IMG/VR virus record: IMGVR_UViG_3300027627_000440
Location: 1-35,379 of that record
Source of the DNA: a virus
Lineage: Duplodnaviria; Caudoviricetes
Strand: one strand, 5' to 3'
Length of the DNA stretch: 35,379 bases
Below, one piece after another: positions 7,866 through 15,924 of the stretch (positions are counted from its first letter, which is position 1; each line of letters begins with the position of its first letter). The notes under the pieces were generated by a model. That model made no database searches. It saw only the letters and a program-made list of their open reading frames with translations, and was not told the origin of the DNA. The translations under genes and the position numbers were made by a program.

Positions 7866-8990
7866 TTATCCAGAAAAGCTGGGAGAAAATTTACCTTCGC
7901 AAAGAACCATGTTTTTTGCGACTCTTTCTACGCTCTGCGCTGGAAGCTTGCCAGATTTAAGAAGCGATAAGCAAGAAGAATGACACTCTTCGTACTTCTG
8001 CGCGTAGTAAGCACATATAGCGTATTCGTCTAATAAGGCGTAATCGTAAACAGAGCTATTCACGAAAAGGGACTTAGTGCCTGGGTTTGGTATGTCTAGT
8101 GCAGCCTTCGCCAAAAGATAACCAGTTCCATATTCCCCACGGTTTCTTAGATAGAAAGCCGCAGCATGGACAGATTCTGACCTCCACGGCGCAGCGCAAA
8201 AAGCCTTAGAGAATAAAGAGATAATTTCTCCCTGCTCTTTTCCGAGTCGAATTGCGAGTTTGCCAGCGTTAAGAAAAGAAACGAATACCTCCTCGTTCCA
8301 CCCGCCTAACCCAGCTCTCTTTAAATAGTTTTCGTAAGCTTTCTGGTGGTTGTCAGAGTCCCTGTAGCTTTGCGCAAGATAGAAAATGTATCTAGTCCGC
8401 ATGTGTGCGTCCGTCTCGACTTCGACCGCTAGTTCTAACGCCTCTGCGTGCTTTTCGTATTTTCTGGGGTTTTGACTTTCCGCTCCATCAGAAAATGTTG
8501 ATTGATAAACTCCAACAGCCAGGCCCCTAGTGGACACGGGAATGCGGCTAGATGCGAACTCGTGGAGCTTGCCGATGTACGACCAGCCTAACTCATTTCT
8601 AGTGAGGGAATTTTTTACGTAAACTATATCACCGTGTTTATAGGTGAAATCATAAACGTCTGCGGTGAGAGACTCCTTGAACTTATTCTTATCAAACTCA
8701 TTAGTAAAAACCAAGAACTCATCTGCATCTATAAAAAGAGAATAATCCGACTTGTCTTTTGCGAGCTTTAGAACTTCTGTTCGATTTTTACCAGAGTCGC
8801 CAGTCCAAGGCAGGTCAATAAGTTCTCCGGGAACGCCGCTCATGGTTTCCGCTATGATCTTCTTTGTGTCGTCCGTCGAGCCGGTATCGGTTATTATCCA
8901 GTAATCAACGAGACCCTTTACGCTGTCAAGGCATCTCTTTATGATGCGAGACTCATTCTTGACCATCATGCAGAGGCAGATTTTTTTCAT
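7866..8990 (-). CDS. GT2 glycosyltransferase with C-terminal TPR-like repeats
   Basis: LCMMVKNE, DTGSTDDT, FIDADE, LHE, then FYLAQSYRD and helical repeats. Confidence 0.92.
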   Translation of the reverse strand: MKKICLCMMVKNESRIIKRCLDSVKGLVDYWIITDTGSTDDTKKIIAETMSGVPGELIDLPWTGDSGKNRTEVLKLAKDKSDYSLFIDADEFLVFTNEFDKNKFKESLTADVYDFTYKHGDIVYVKNSLTRNELGWSYIGKLHEFASSRIPVSTRGLAVGVYQSTFSDGAESQNPRKYEKHAEALELAVEVETDAHMRTRYIFYLAQSYRDSDNHQKAYENYLKRAGLGGWNEEVFVSFLNAGKLAIRLGKEQGEIISLFSKAFCAAPWRSESVHAAAFYLRNRGEYGTGYLLAKAALDIPNPGTKSLFVNSSVYDYALLDEYAICAYYAQKYEECHSSCLSLLKSGKLPAQSVERVAKNMVLCEGKFSPSFSG

Positions 8991-8995
8991 TTAAG

Positions 8996-9289
8996 CTATA
9001 GGGATTTTACGGGCAAGCCAATTCGAGCGGCCGCAAAGTCGGCGAGGTCTTTGGCCGTCTTTATAAGCTTGAAGTCCATCAGGCTGTTGTTGATGGAGAC
9101 GTTATAGAGATCTTCCATGGACATGACAAGCTCCAGAATCTCTAGAGAATCTAAGTCCAAGTCCTCTTTGAGCCTGGAGTCTAGTGTCAAAACGGCTCCC
9201 TCTCGGAGCGTAGCGATCTTACTAAGTTCACTGGAGAGAATCCCGCGCACTAGATTTCTGATTACTATGTCTTTATCTTCGGTTGTCAT
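8996..9289 (-). CDS. Acyl carrier protein 1
   Basis: EDLDLDSLEILELVMSMED phosphopantetheine attachment motif. Confidence 0.88.
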   Translation of the reverse strand: MTTEDKDIVIRNLVRGILSSELSKIATLREGAVLTLDSRLKEDLDLDSLEILELVMSMEDLYNVSINNSLMDFKLIKTAKDLADFAAARIGLPVKSL

Positions 9290-9906
9290 TTAAATGGGGG
9301 GCTTAAAATTTTGCTTCCTTTTTTCATGTTTTCGATGGCCCATAGGGCTTGGATGTTACTATAGTGATTAGCCTTAACCCACTGCTCGGGATCAAATGGG
9401 TCGAACGCAGATAGGGGGATTATATGATCTATGTGCCATTCGCCATGATTTTCCAATGTCATTCCGGGCTTAAATTTACTTTTTAAATGAGCCTTAAATT
9501 CATCGCCCGTACATCCTACAAGATTGACGAACTTTCCCGGGGACGCGCCATTTATTAAATGATTTAAGTGACGTGAGGCGTTTCTTCTTTTTCTTGCTTG
9601 CGGGGAGAGCGTCCTTTTGTTCCTGCGGGCATTAATTCTGTCTCTATTAAGGGCACCCCACTGACTACGTTTGGCTCGTTTAGCGCTTTTCATTTCGTCG
9701 CTTAGTGAAAGGTATGCCTTTCGGTTATGTTTACCATGGCAGTCTGAGCAATTATAGCGAAGTCCATCTTTTGCTGCTCTGTCCTTATTAAATTCGCTCA
9801 GAGGCTTCGCCGCTAAACATTTGCTACAAGTTTTGACCATATTAGGTTTTGACAAAGGGACAGGCTCCGGTATTTTTGGCTTAATGACTTTAAATGGAGC
9901 CGACAT
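9286..9906 (-). CDS. Free-standing HNH-family endonuclease with N-terminal Zn ribbon
   Basis: CSKC...CSDC, WHIDHIIP, NHYSNIQALWAIENMKKG; real start may be MVKTC at 9840. Confidence 0.8.
   Translation of the reverse strand: MSAPFKVIKPKIPEPVPLSKPNMVKTCSKCLAAKPLSEFNKDRAAKDGLRYNCSDCHGKHNRKAYLSLSDEMKSAKRAKRSQWGALNRDRINARRNKRTLSPQARKRRNASRHLNHLINGASPGKFVNLVGCTGDEFKAHLKSKFKPGMTLENHGEWHIDHIIPLSAFDPFDPEQWVKANHYSNIQALWAIENMKKGSKILSPPFK
9289..9897. mobile_element. 600 bp insertion bounded by 9 bp direct repeats, carrying the HNH gene
   Basis: TTTAAATGG at 9289-9297 and 9889-9897; removing one unit joins the ACP2 stop to the ACP1 start. Confidence 0.6.
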
Positions 9907-10126
9907 AATTAACTATATCTGAAATGGTTTTCGCGTTAGCGATGGTCTGCACGTTTGCGTCAATTCTTTTGCCAGTTTTTTCTTCTATGGAGAGGAAGAC
10001 GGAAAAGACGCCGAGCGAATCCAGTCCTAGGTCCTCTTCGAGTCTGAGTTCGAGATTCGGGGCGACTGTTACTCCTAGCTCTTTTGATAGGGCCTCTAGT
10101 ACTATTTCCTGGTTTGTCATTCCCAT
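9890..10126 (-). CDS. Acyl carrier protein 2
   Basis: EEDLGLDSLGVFSVFLSIEE, TISDIVNYV; 78 aa, acidic. Confidence 0.88.
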   Translation of the reverse strand: MGMTNQEIVLEALSKELGVTVAPNLELRLEEDLGLDSLGVFSVFLSIEEKTGKRIDANVQTIANAKTISDIVNYVGSI

Positions 10127-10497
10127 GTCTCTAGCAAAACTACTGCTGTGGCATACTCTTTTGTATGTGAAAGGCTAACGTGACAATCGCATTCCAACTT
10201 ATCGAAGCACTCTTTCGCCGAATTGTGAAATTTTAACTTGGGCTTTCCTAGTAAATTTTTATTTACTTCAATATTCTTCCAGTGAAACTTTATGCCTATC
10301 CCGTACCCGAACGCTTTTGACGCAGCCTCTTTTGCGGCGAATCTAGCGGCAATATATTGAGGCGGATTGGTATGACTAATGCAGTACTCCTTCTCTGATT
10401 CGGTAAGGACTTTATCTAAAAACTTGAGGCCATACTTGGCGTATAAGCTACTTATCCTTGCCACGTCAACGATGTCTGTCCCTATTCCTAATATCAT
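10117..10497 (-). CDS. acpS: Holo-ACP synthase (4'-phosphopantetheinyl transferase)
   Basis: ILGIGTDIV, AARFAAKEAASKA, GKP, HVSLSHT..YATAVV. Confidence 0.95.
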   Translation of the reverse strand: MILGIGTDIVDVARISSLYAKYGLKFLDKVLTESEKEYCISHTNPPQYIAARFAAKEAASKAFGYGIGIKFHWKNIEVNKNLLGKPKLKFHNSAKECFDKLECDCHVSLSHTKEYATAVVLLETWE

Positions 10498-10766
10498 AAA
10501 ATAGTCAAAAGAACTGTTTCGCCATTTTGGAACTGCACCGACCCGCCACCCAGAATTGTCTTTACTTCGAGCCTTTCTCCTTCAGTGATACTGACGATCG
10601 TATAGTAATAAGCGTCTAGCTCGTCCCGCTTCTTTTTTCTGATGCATTTGCAGCAGGTAGAATATATCGCATAAAGAGTCTGAAGAGATACAAAGAACGA
10701 GCTCTCATTGAATCGTGCGTCTTTGATCGCTAGGCCAAGCTCCGGCCCGGTTCTGATAATTCTCAT
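10494..10766 (-). CDS. Hypothetical protein
   Basis: ATGA-coupled at both ends; CxCxxK stretch. Confidence 0.65.
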   Translation of the reverse strand: MRIIRTGPELGLAIKDARFNESSFFVSLQTLYAIYSTCCKCIRKKKRDELDAYYYTIVSITEGERLEVKTILGGGSVQFQNGETVLLTIL

Positions 10767-11110
10767 TTGTACATCACCTTGATTAAGAGGTATGACGCTA
10801 TAGAACCTATGAAATATAGAGGAAAAGATTTAAGATCGCCAATCCCGCCGCCAAAAAATAGAGAAAGCCAAAACGAGACACAGATGGGGCAGGATATGAG
10901 CTTGGTAAAAAAGTTAGAATACTTAAGGTTTAAGAACTCATAGTATTCAGTAACTACTCCGCCAGTAAGGTGGCTGCTCTTCTCGTAAGCCTCTACGTCA
11001 AAATACTTGTTAAGTCGAAATAGCTTAACGTACTCAACGAACGCCTCGGTGTCAAACCAAATCACGAGACAGCTTGCCACGTAAGAGATTACCAGCAAGT
11101 CTTCTTTCAT
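10763..11110 (-). CDS. Membrane protein with CxxC (DUF1360-like)
   Basis: KLISCPICVSFWLS plus hydrophobic segments. Confidence 0.6.
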   Translation of the reverse strand: MKEDLLVISYVASCLVIWFDTEAFVEYVKLFRLNKYFDVEAYEKSSHLTGGVVTEYYEFLNLKYSNFFTKLISCPICVSFWLSLFFGGGIGDLKSFPLYFIGSIASYLLIKVMYK

Positions 11111-11113
11111 ATT

Positions 11114-11596
11114 TTAAACCCCAGAGCTACCGTACCCTCCATCTCCCCGCTCAGAAGCCGTTAGGAAATCTGCGTCCTCGAACTCAACGTCGTGACACTT
11201 CTCTATGATTATCTGAGCGATTCTATCGCCCTTCTCTACAAAAAATCTATTTCTCGAGCCGAACATGAGGGTCCTTTCGTTGAAGGATTTGCTGTTTTTG
11301 CTGACGGGGTCGTTCAAGTTAAGGTTAATTAATATCACTCCTATCTCACTTCTGTATCCGGAATCTACAACCCCGCCGAGAACGTCTATTCCCTTTATGG
11401 ATAGCCCGCTTCTCGGGGCTATTCTGCCGTAGTATCCAGGCGGTATTTCCAGAGCTATACTCGTCGAAACTACGACTCTGCTCATCGGGTCTATCACACA
11501 GGCAGTAGACGCGTACAAATCGTACCCCGCGTCGGACTCTTTCGCCCTAGTCGGGATTGTCGCGTTTTCGTTTAGTTTCTTTATTTTTATTTTCAT
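11114..11596 (-). CDS. dut: Trimeric dUTPase
   Basis: Five motifs: AGYDL, PRSG, GVVDSGYR, RIAQII, RGDGGYGSSG. Confidence 0.96.
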   Translation of the reverse strand: MKIKIKKLNENATIPTRAKESDAGYDLYASTACVIDPMSRVVVSTSIALEIPPGYYGRIAPRSGLSIKGIDVLGGVVDSGYRSEIGVILINLNLNDPVSKNSKSFNERTLMFGSRNRFFVEKGDRIAQIIIEKCHDVEFEDADFLTASERGDGGYGSSGV

Positions 11597-11865
11597 TAGA
11601 AATCTGCCGAACCTTCCGGCTTTTCGTCCTGAACTACTTTGTCCGAAATTTTGCGATAGATGCTGCTGGGTCTACCGGTCCTGGGCTCGCTCTTCCCGGC
11701 TTTGGTAAGCGTACCGTCTTCTAGGCCTTCGTTGATTTTCAACTGAACGGTTACGTTGCAAATTTTCCCGCCCATCATGTTCATTACGTCCTTGACGGTG
11801 AAGTTTGTTTCGGGCCACTGAATCGTTATGGGTGGGCGGCCTCTCTTATTGCTAGCTGTATTCAT
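11596..11865 (-). CDS. Small putative DNA-binding protein
   Basis: KRGRPP and TGRPSSIY; start MNTAS preferred because a promoter occupies the upstream extension. Confidence 0.6.
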   Translation of the reverse strand: MNTASNKRGRPPITIQWPETNFTVKDVMNMMGGKICNVTVQLKINEGLEDGTLTKAGKSEPRTGRPSSIYRKISDKVVQDEKPEGSADF

Positions 11866-11872
11866 ATCTGGA

Positions 11873-11900
11873 TATATACCCTTAATTCCAAAATTGTCAA
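11873..11900 (-). promoter_or_regulatory. Sigma70-like promoter for the leftward block
   Basis: Perfect TTGACA, 16 nt spacer, imperfect TATATA, 7 nt to ATG. Confidence 0.55.
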
Positions 11901-11929
11901 TCATTTTTTAATGAAAGGTTTTTTTTGGG

Positions 11930-11935
11930 TATAAT
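11930..11935 (+). promoter_or_regulatory. -10 element for the rightward block
   Basis: TATAAT 6 nt upstream of ATG 11942. Confidence 0.6.
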
Positions 11936-11941
11936 CTGTAT

Positions 11942-12349
11942 ATGACAATCGTAGAAGCTTCCAACAAACTGTTTGACTGGTTCTCTAAAAGTGACTACTT
12001 TTCTTTTGCTGACAATTTTCAAGAAATGATCGTTATTTCAGAAACTCTCGAAGAAGACAAGGCGTGCTTAACTTGCGCTTTGGAGGAGTTCGAAAAGTTA
12101 GAATTTGTAAAATCCGCACAAATTAAAGGCAAAAAGATTTGGGTGCTAAAGAAAGCGTTCGACTCGTTTGAACAAAACGTAAGCATAAATTTCGAAATGG
12201 CGCACTCGATCTCAGGGATTATCAATACTTTTTGTGAAACGATTAACGATACTAGCGACCAGTGTGATCCGACAAACATCACCAAGAAAGACATCAAGAA
12301 TTTACTGATAATCTTTCATCACGTCACAAAGACTAATGCAGAGAAATAA
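11942..12349 (+). CDS. Hypothetical protein
   Basis: 135 aa ORF directly after TATAAT; no recognised motif. Confidence 0.75.
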   Translation: MTIVEASNKLFDWFSKSDYFSFADNFQEMIVISETLEEDKACLTCALEEFEKLEFVKSAQIKGKKIWVLKKAFDSFEQNVSINFEMAHSISGIINTFCETINDTSDQCDPTNITKKDIKNLLIIFHHVTKTNAEK

Positions 12350-12350
12350 T

Positions 12351-12379
12351 TTGACTTTTCTGAAGTCTCACTATATCTT
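12351..12379 (+). promoter_or_regulatory. Sigma70-like promoter
   Basis: TTGACT-N17-TATCTT. Confidence 0.65.
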
Positions 12380-12384
12380 TGTGA

Positions 12385-12748
12385 AAAGGGTTCACCCCCT
12401 TTAGGCCAGCCGAGATAAAACGGCAAGGTTTCCCAAGAATGACCATCGCGGTGCGCCGTACCATCGGCCTCATTCAAAGGGCTGGGCTCTCGTTCATGCG
12501 AGATGAAAAAAAATGAAAGGTTAAAATCTTTCAGAATTACCCGCTGTGTCGCTTTAAGCGAGGGTTGGCTGCCGTTGATTTTCAATTGAAGTTTTAGCAT
12601 ATTTCTTCGCTCCTAGTGATAGGATAGGCAGTTCTAGCGTGTCGCTAGTGTTATGATTGCGTGGAGTTGACTTACCACATTAATATAAAAAGTCCTAAAG
12701 GAAAGCAAGCATATAATTTTACCCCCTGGAGAAATCTAGGGGGTATTG
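12385..12748 (+). ncRNA. Candidate structured non-coding RNA of unknown class
   Basis: Largest gap in the window, directly after a promoter; about nine hairpins, two GNRA tetraloops, G-U pairs consistent with the plus strand. Confidence 0.55.
12720..12745 (+). terminator. Strong hairpin (terminator or 3' stem of the RNA)
   Basis: TACCCCCTGGA-GAAA-TCTAGGGGGTA followed by only a weak U tract (TTGTT). Confidence 0.5.
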
Positions 12749-12807
12749 TTGCTCGATTATTCTTAGGAAAAGTCCACATATGACCGATTCGAAAGGCTTA
12801 AAATATT

Positions 12808-13452
12808 ATGATGATTGGAATTGCAGGGGTAGCCGGAGCTGGCAAAGACTTATTCGCCACGATTCTCTCTCAGACTCTCGACAAGTATCAAATTACTTCT
12901 CACAGATACGCACTAGCCGACGCGTTAAAGATCGAGATGCGGCCGATTTTATTAGATACTTACGGAATAGACATAGTCGCCTGTGACAGGGCCACCAAGG
13001 ACGCCCATAGGCCGTCGCTCGTGGCTCACGGAAAGTTCAGAAGAGACTCAAGTGGTGGAAGGTATTGGACAGATAAGATTTCTGAAAGAATAAAATTAGA
13101 AAAACCAAGCGGAGTTGTTTGTGTGACGGACATAAGATACGACCAATATGAGAAGGACGAGCTATTCTGGTTGAAGGAGGAGATGAGTGGTTTCTTGGTC
13201 CACGTATCTCAATTCAAGATTCAGGACGGAGCGAAGGTAATGAAAGGAGGCGCTAACGAAGAGGAGGCTAAGTACGATCCTATCCTTAAGTCGAAAGCCG
13301 ATTACGTAATCGAATGGGAGTCTGTTGATATCAGTCATGATAATGTAGGGAGCTTGCTTCAGCGACACATAGACGGGTTCCTGTTCTGGCTTAACAAAAA
13401 TGACGAACGTAGACATAGGCTTGGTAAATGCCATAAAAAGTACAAACTGTGA
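12808..13452 (+). CDS. Phage-type deoxynucleoside monophosphate kinase
   Basis: IGIAGVAGAGKD P-loop, ALADALK, YW, VTDIRY...E. Confidence 0.82.
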   Translation: MMIGIAGVAGAGKDLFATILSQTLDKYQITSHRYALADALKIEMRPILLDTYGIDIVACDRATKDAHRPSLVAHGKFRRDSSGGRYWTDKISERIKLEKPSGVVCVTDIRYDQYEKDELFWLKEEMSGFLVHVSQFKIQDGAKVMKGGANEEEAKYDPILKSKADYVIEWESVDISHDNVGSLLQRHIDGFLFWLNKNDERRHRLGKCHKKYKL

Positions 13453-13993
13453 AAATAGTCTAGTAGAGTTAATTCAAAAACACTCCAATCTCTGTTATAG
13501 TATTTGTCAGAAGTATTCTCCAGCCATGCTAGCTTCAGGCCTTCATCCCGAAGACGTAATCTCAGAGAAGGACTACATAATATACAAGTCCGCTCTATCC
13601 TACAATCCCACTTATAAGATAAAATTCTCCACTTGGCTTGGTAACCAGATTAGGTATCACTGCCTAAACAGGATAAATAAAGATAATGTTTATGTCACCA
13701 TGGAAGAAGGTGATTTAAATTACTTTGTAGAGAAAACCGCAGACGAGCAGTCTGGCGTCGAGAATGATAGCATAAAAACATATGTATTTAGTATCTTGGA
13801 CAACCTTCAAGATAAGCGCATATCTGAAATTTTCAAACTCAGATACTACGAGAACTCACCAAGGCTCACCACCTGGAAAGCAATAGCCAAAAAGATGGAC
13901 ATAAGCTCGCAGACCGTCATAAACATTCACAATAGAGGAAAGAGATTGTTGTTGAACCGCCTAAACGGGAAACCTTTAGAAAGTTTTCTTTAA
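13400..13993 (+). CDS. Phage sigma-70 family factor
   Basis: YNPTYKIKFSTWLGNQIRY (region 2), IFKLRY..TWKAIAKKMDISSQTV (region 4 HTH). Confidence 0.85.
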   Translation: MTNVDIGLVNAIKSTNCENSLVELIQKHSNLCYSICQKYSPAMLASGLHPEDVISEKDYIIYKSALSYNPTYKIKFSTWLGNQIRYHCLNRINKDNVYVTMEEGDLNYFVEKTADEQSGVENDSIKTYVFSILDNLQDKRISEIFKLRYYENSPRLTTWKAIAKKMDISSQTVINIHNRGKRLLLNRLNGKPLESFL

Positions 13994-13999
13994 ATTCTT

Positions 14000-14028
14000 T
14001 TGACTATCTGTCTTTACCGGCGTATAGT
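14000..14028 (+). promoter_or_regulatory. Sigma70-like promoter
   Basis: TTGACT-N17-TATAGT, 11 nt before ATG 14040. Confidence 0.7.
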
Positions 14029-14039
14029 ATATACCAAAT

Positions 14040-14393
14040 ATGAATACTACCGACACTTCAAATACATCAAACAAGGCCGCCAACGATTGGCAAAAGAGAG
14101 AAATCGGCGCCCTCTGGAAGAGAGTCAGTTCTCCGTCCTCGACGTTTCCAAGAGGCAGAACCTATCTCACCGGTACGCTCAAGATCGACGAGCTAGGCGA
14201 AGAGAAGATCGTAAAGGTCGTCGTATTTTCTAACGCGGACAAGAAGAACGAGAAGGCTCCGGATTTCCGGATATATATATCCAAGGACGCAACCAGCAAG
14301 GAGTCCGACTCGGTTGCTAAGTCGGCGCCAGTTAAACAGGTCGCCGCGAAAGTCCAGCAGCAAACTGCTGCCGATGGCGACGATATTCTATGA
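14040..14393 (+). CDS. DUF736-like protein, possibly ssDNA-binding
   Basis: EIGALWKR, YLTGTL, KKNEKAPDFRIY, flexible linker, acidic tail DGDDIL. Confidence 0.6.
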   Translation: MNTTDTSNTSNKAANDWQKREIGALWKRVSSPSSTFPRGRTYLTGTLKIDELGEEKIVKVVVFSNADKKNEKAPDFRIYISKDATSKESDSVAKSAPVKQVAAKVQQQTAADGDDIL

Positions 14394-15466
14394 GCTTTGC
14401 GCTAAACGCCCCAATTAATTCGGTCTCATTCGGCCAGGTGTCAATGACCTGGCTTAGAAAGCTTTACGAAAGAAAACTTGCCCTACCGATCTTCCCGATT
14501 GGAGGGCAAGTTGACTTATCGACGCAGCAAATAGATACGGCATTTCAGGCTTGGCTTCAAGGGAACATCAACGAGGCATACGCGACTCACTCAAGAAGCA
14601 ACACGGCGATTAAGCTTTGGCATCTCGAAGGGTCAATTGAATCCGTCAGTGAGAAGCAGGTTCTTTTTTCTTTCTACGAATTAGATCACCCGACGAAGCA
14701 GGAAATTAACGTCGGCAAGAATAACACTTTAGCCTTTAGCTCCAAATACTCTTGCGAGGTTTTTGCGGACTGCGGCGTTGAGTCTCATTATATACCCCTC
14801 GGATTTGACTCTTACAACTTTAAGAGGATAGAAAAGAAATACTTTTCCGATAATCGCATCGTTTTTAACGTAGTAGGCAAGCTGGAAAAAAGAAAGCGTC
14901 ACGAAAAAACAATCCGGACTTGGATTAAGAAGTTCGGAAACAATCCGAAGTATTTTCTACAGTGCGCCATTTACAATCCTTTTTTATCAGAGAAAGACAA
15001 TGCGGGCTTAGTTCACAACATCCTCGAAGGGAAGAAATATTTTAACGTAAACTTCTTAGGATTCATGGCTAAGAACCACGTATACAACGACTTTCTAAAC
15101 TCCGGAGATGTTGTTATTGGAACGTCCGGAGGCGAAGGCTGGGGATTACCAGAGTTTCATTCCGTAGCAATGGGCAAGCACGCTGTCATAGTTGATGCTC
15201 ACGGCTACAAAGGCTGGGCGACAGAAAATAATTCAGTCCTATTAAAGGTTTCCGGAAAGATAGATTGCTATGACGGCGTCTTCTTTAAGCAGGGCAGACC
15301 GTTCAGTCAGGGCCAAATCTTTGATTTCAACGAAGACGATCTAGCGGATTCTCTCGACTTAGCAATAGCCAGAGTAGAAAAAGACAGACTCAACGCGCAG
15401 GGACTCAAGCTTCAAGAAGAGTTTACTATCGATAAAAGCTTAGACGCTTTAATTAAACTCACGTAG
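14390..15466 (+). CDS. GT-B fold glycosyltransferase (GT4-like)
   Basis: VGKLEKRKR, SGGEGWGLPEFHSVAMGK. Confidence 0.85.
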   Translation: MSFALNAPINSVSFGQVSMTWLRKLYERKLALPIFPIGGQVDLSTQQIDTAFQAWLQGNINEAYATHSRSNTAIKLWHLEGSIESVSEKQVLFSFYELDHPTKQEINVGKNNTLAFSSKYSCEVFADCGVESHYIPLGFDSYNFKRIEKKYFSDNRIVFNVVGKLEKRKRHEKTIRTWIKKFGNNPKYFLQCAIYNPFLSEKDNAGLVHNILEGKKYFNVNFLGFMAKNHVYNDFLNSGDVVIGTSGGEGWGLPEFHSVAMGKHAVIVDAHGYKGWATENNSVLLKVSGKIDCYDGVFFKQGRPFSQGQIFDFNEDDLADSLDLAIARVEKDRLNAQGLKLQEEFTIDKSLDALIKLT

Positions 15467-15471
15467 CCCGT

Positions 15472-15819
15472 ATGCCAGTTTACTTATATCTTAACCCCAA
15501 GACTGGCGCGGTGGTTGAGATCTTACAGGACATGAATTCCAATCATGAGTACACCGATGACAAAGGGTTTAAGTACGAGCGAATCTTCACCAAGCCCAAC
15601 GCGGCAATAGACACTTCGATAGACGCCTTTGACCAAAAAGGCTTTGCTAGGAAAACTAGCTCTAAAAACGAAACGCTCGGCGACCTTTGGGACCGCTCCA
15701 GAGAGGCTAGTGAAAAAAGAGAAAAAGTCGTCGGCAACGATCCGGTTAAGGAAAAGTATCTGTCCGAATACTCGAAGCAGCGCAAAGGCAAGAAGCTTCC
15801 CAAAGATCTACAGAAATAG
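15472..15819 (+). CDS. FmdB-like small protein lacking the zinc-ribbon cysteines
   Basis: MPVYLYLNPKTGAVVEILQ N-terminus. Confidence 0.55.
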   Translation: MPVYLYLNPKTGAVVEILQDMNSNHEYTDDKGFKYERIFTKPNAAIDTSIDAFDQKGFARKTSSKNETLGDLWDRSREASEKREKVVGNDPVKEKYLSEYSKQRKGKKLPKDLQK

Positions 15820-15924
15820 TAGGCCTTCCATTTCGTCAAGCTAAAGTTATTCTTTGTCGATTTTTCTTTTCCCTTTGCCCGTTCCCGATGTAATATACCT
15901 TGCGAGCAGAAAGGCTATTCCGAA

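Noticed and set aside
12451-12460. GTGCGCCG resembling a group II intron 5' end
   Set aside because: No domain V/VI downstream and no interrupted gene
12319-12600. 93 aa minus-strand ORF and a 25 aa plus-strand ORF (12439-12516) in the gap
   Set aside because: No recognisable protein features; the first opposes the local strand and promoter; the stem pattern explains the region better. Not formally excluded.
12404-12600. HDV-like (theta) ribozyme starting GGCCAGC
   Set aside because: I could not build P1.1, P3/L3 or J4/2, and it is not next to a tRNA
12765-12800. AGGAAAAGTCC...GGCTTA resembling RNase P conserved regions
   Set aside because: The motifs are about 20 nt apart, far too close for the RNase P core
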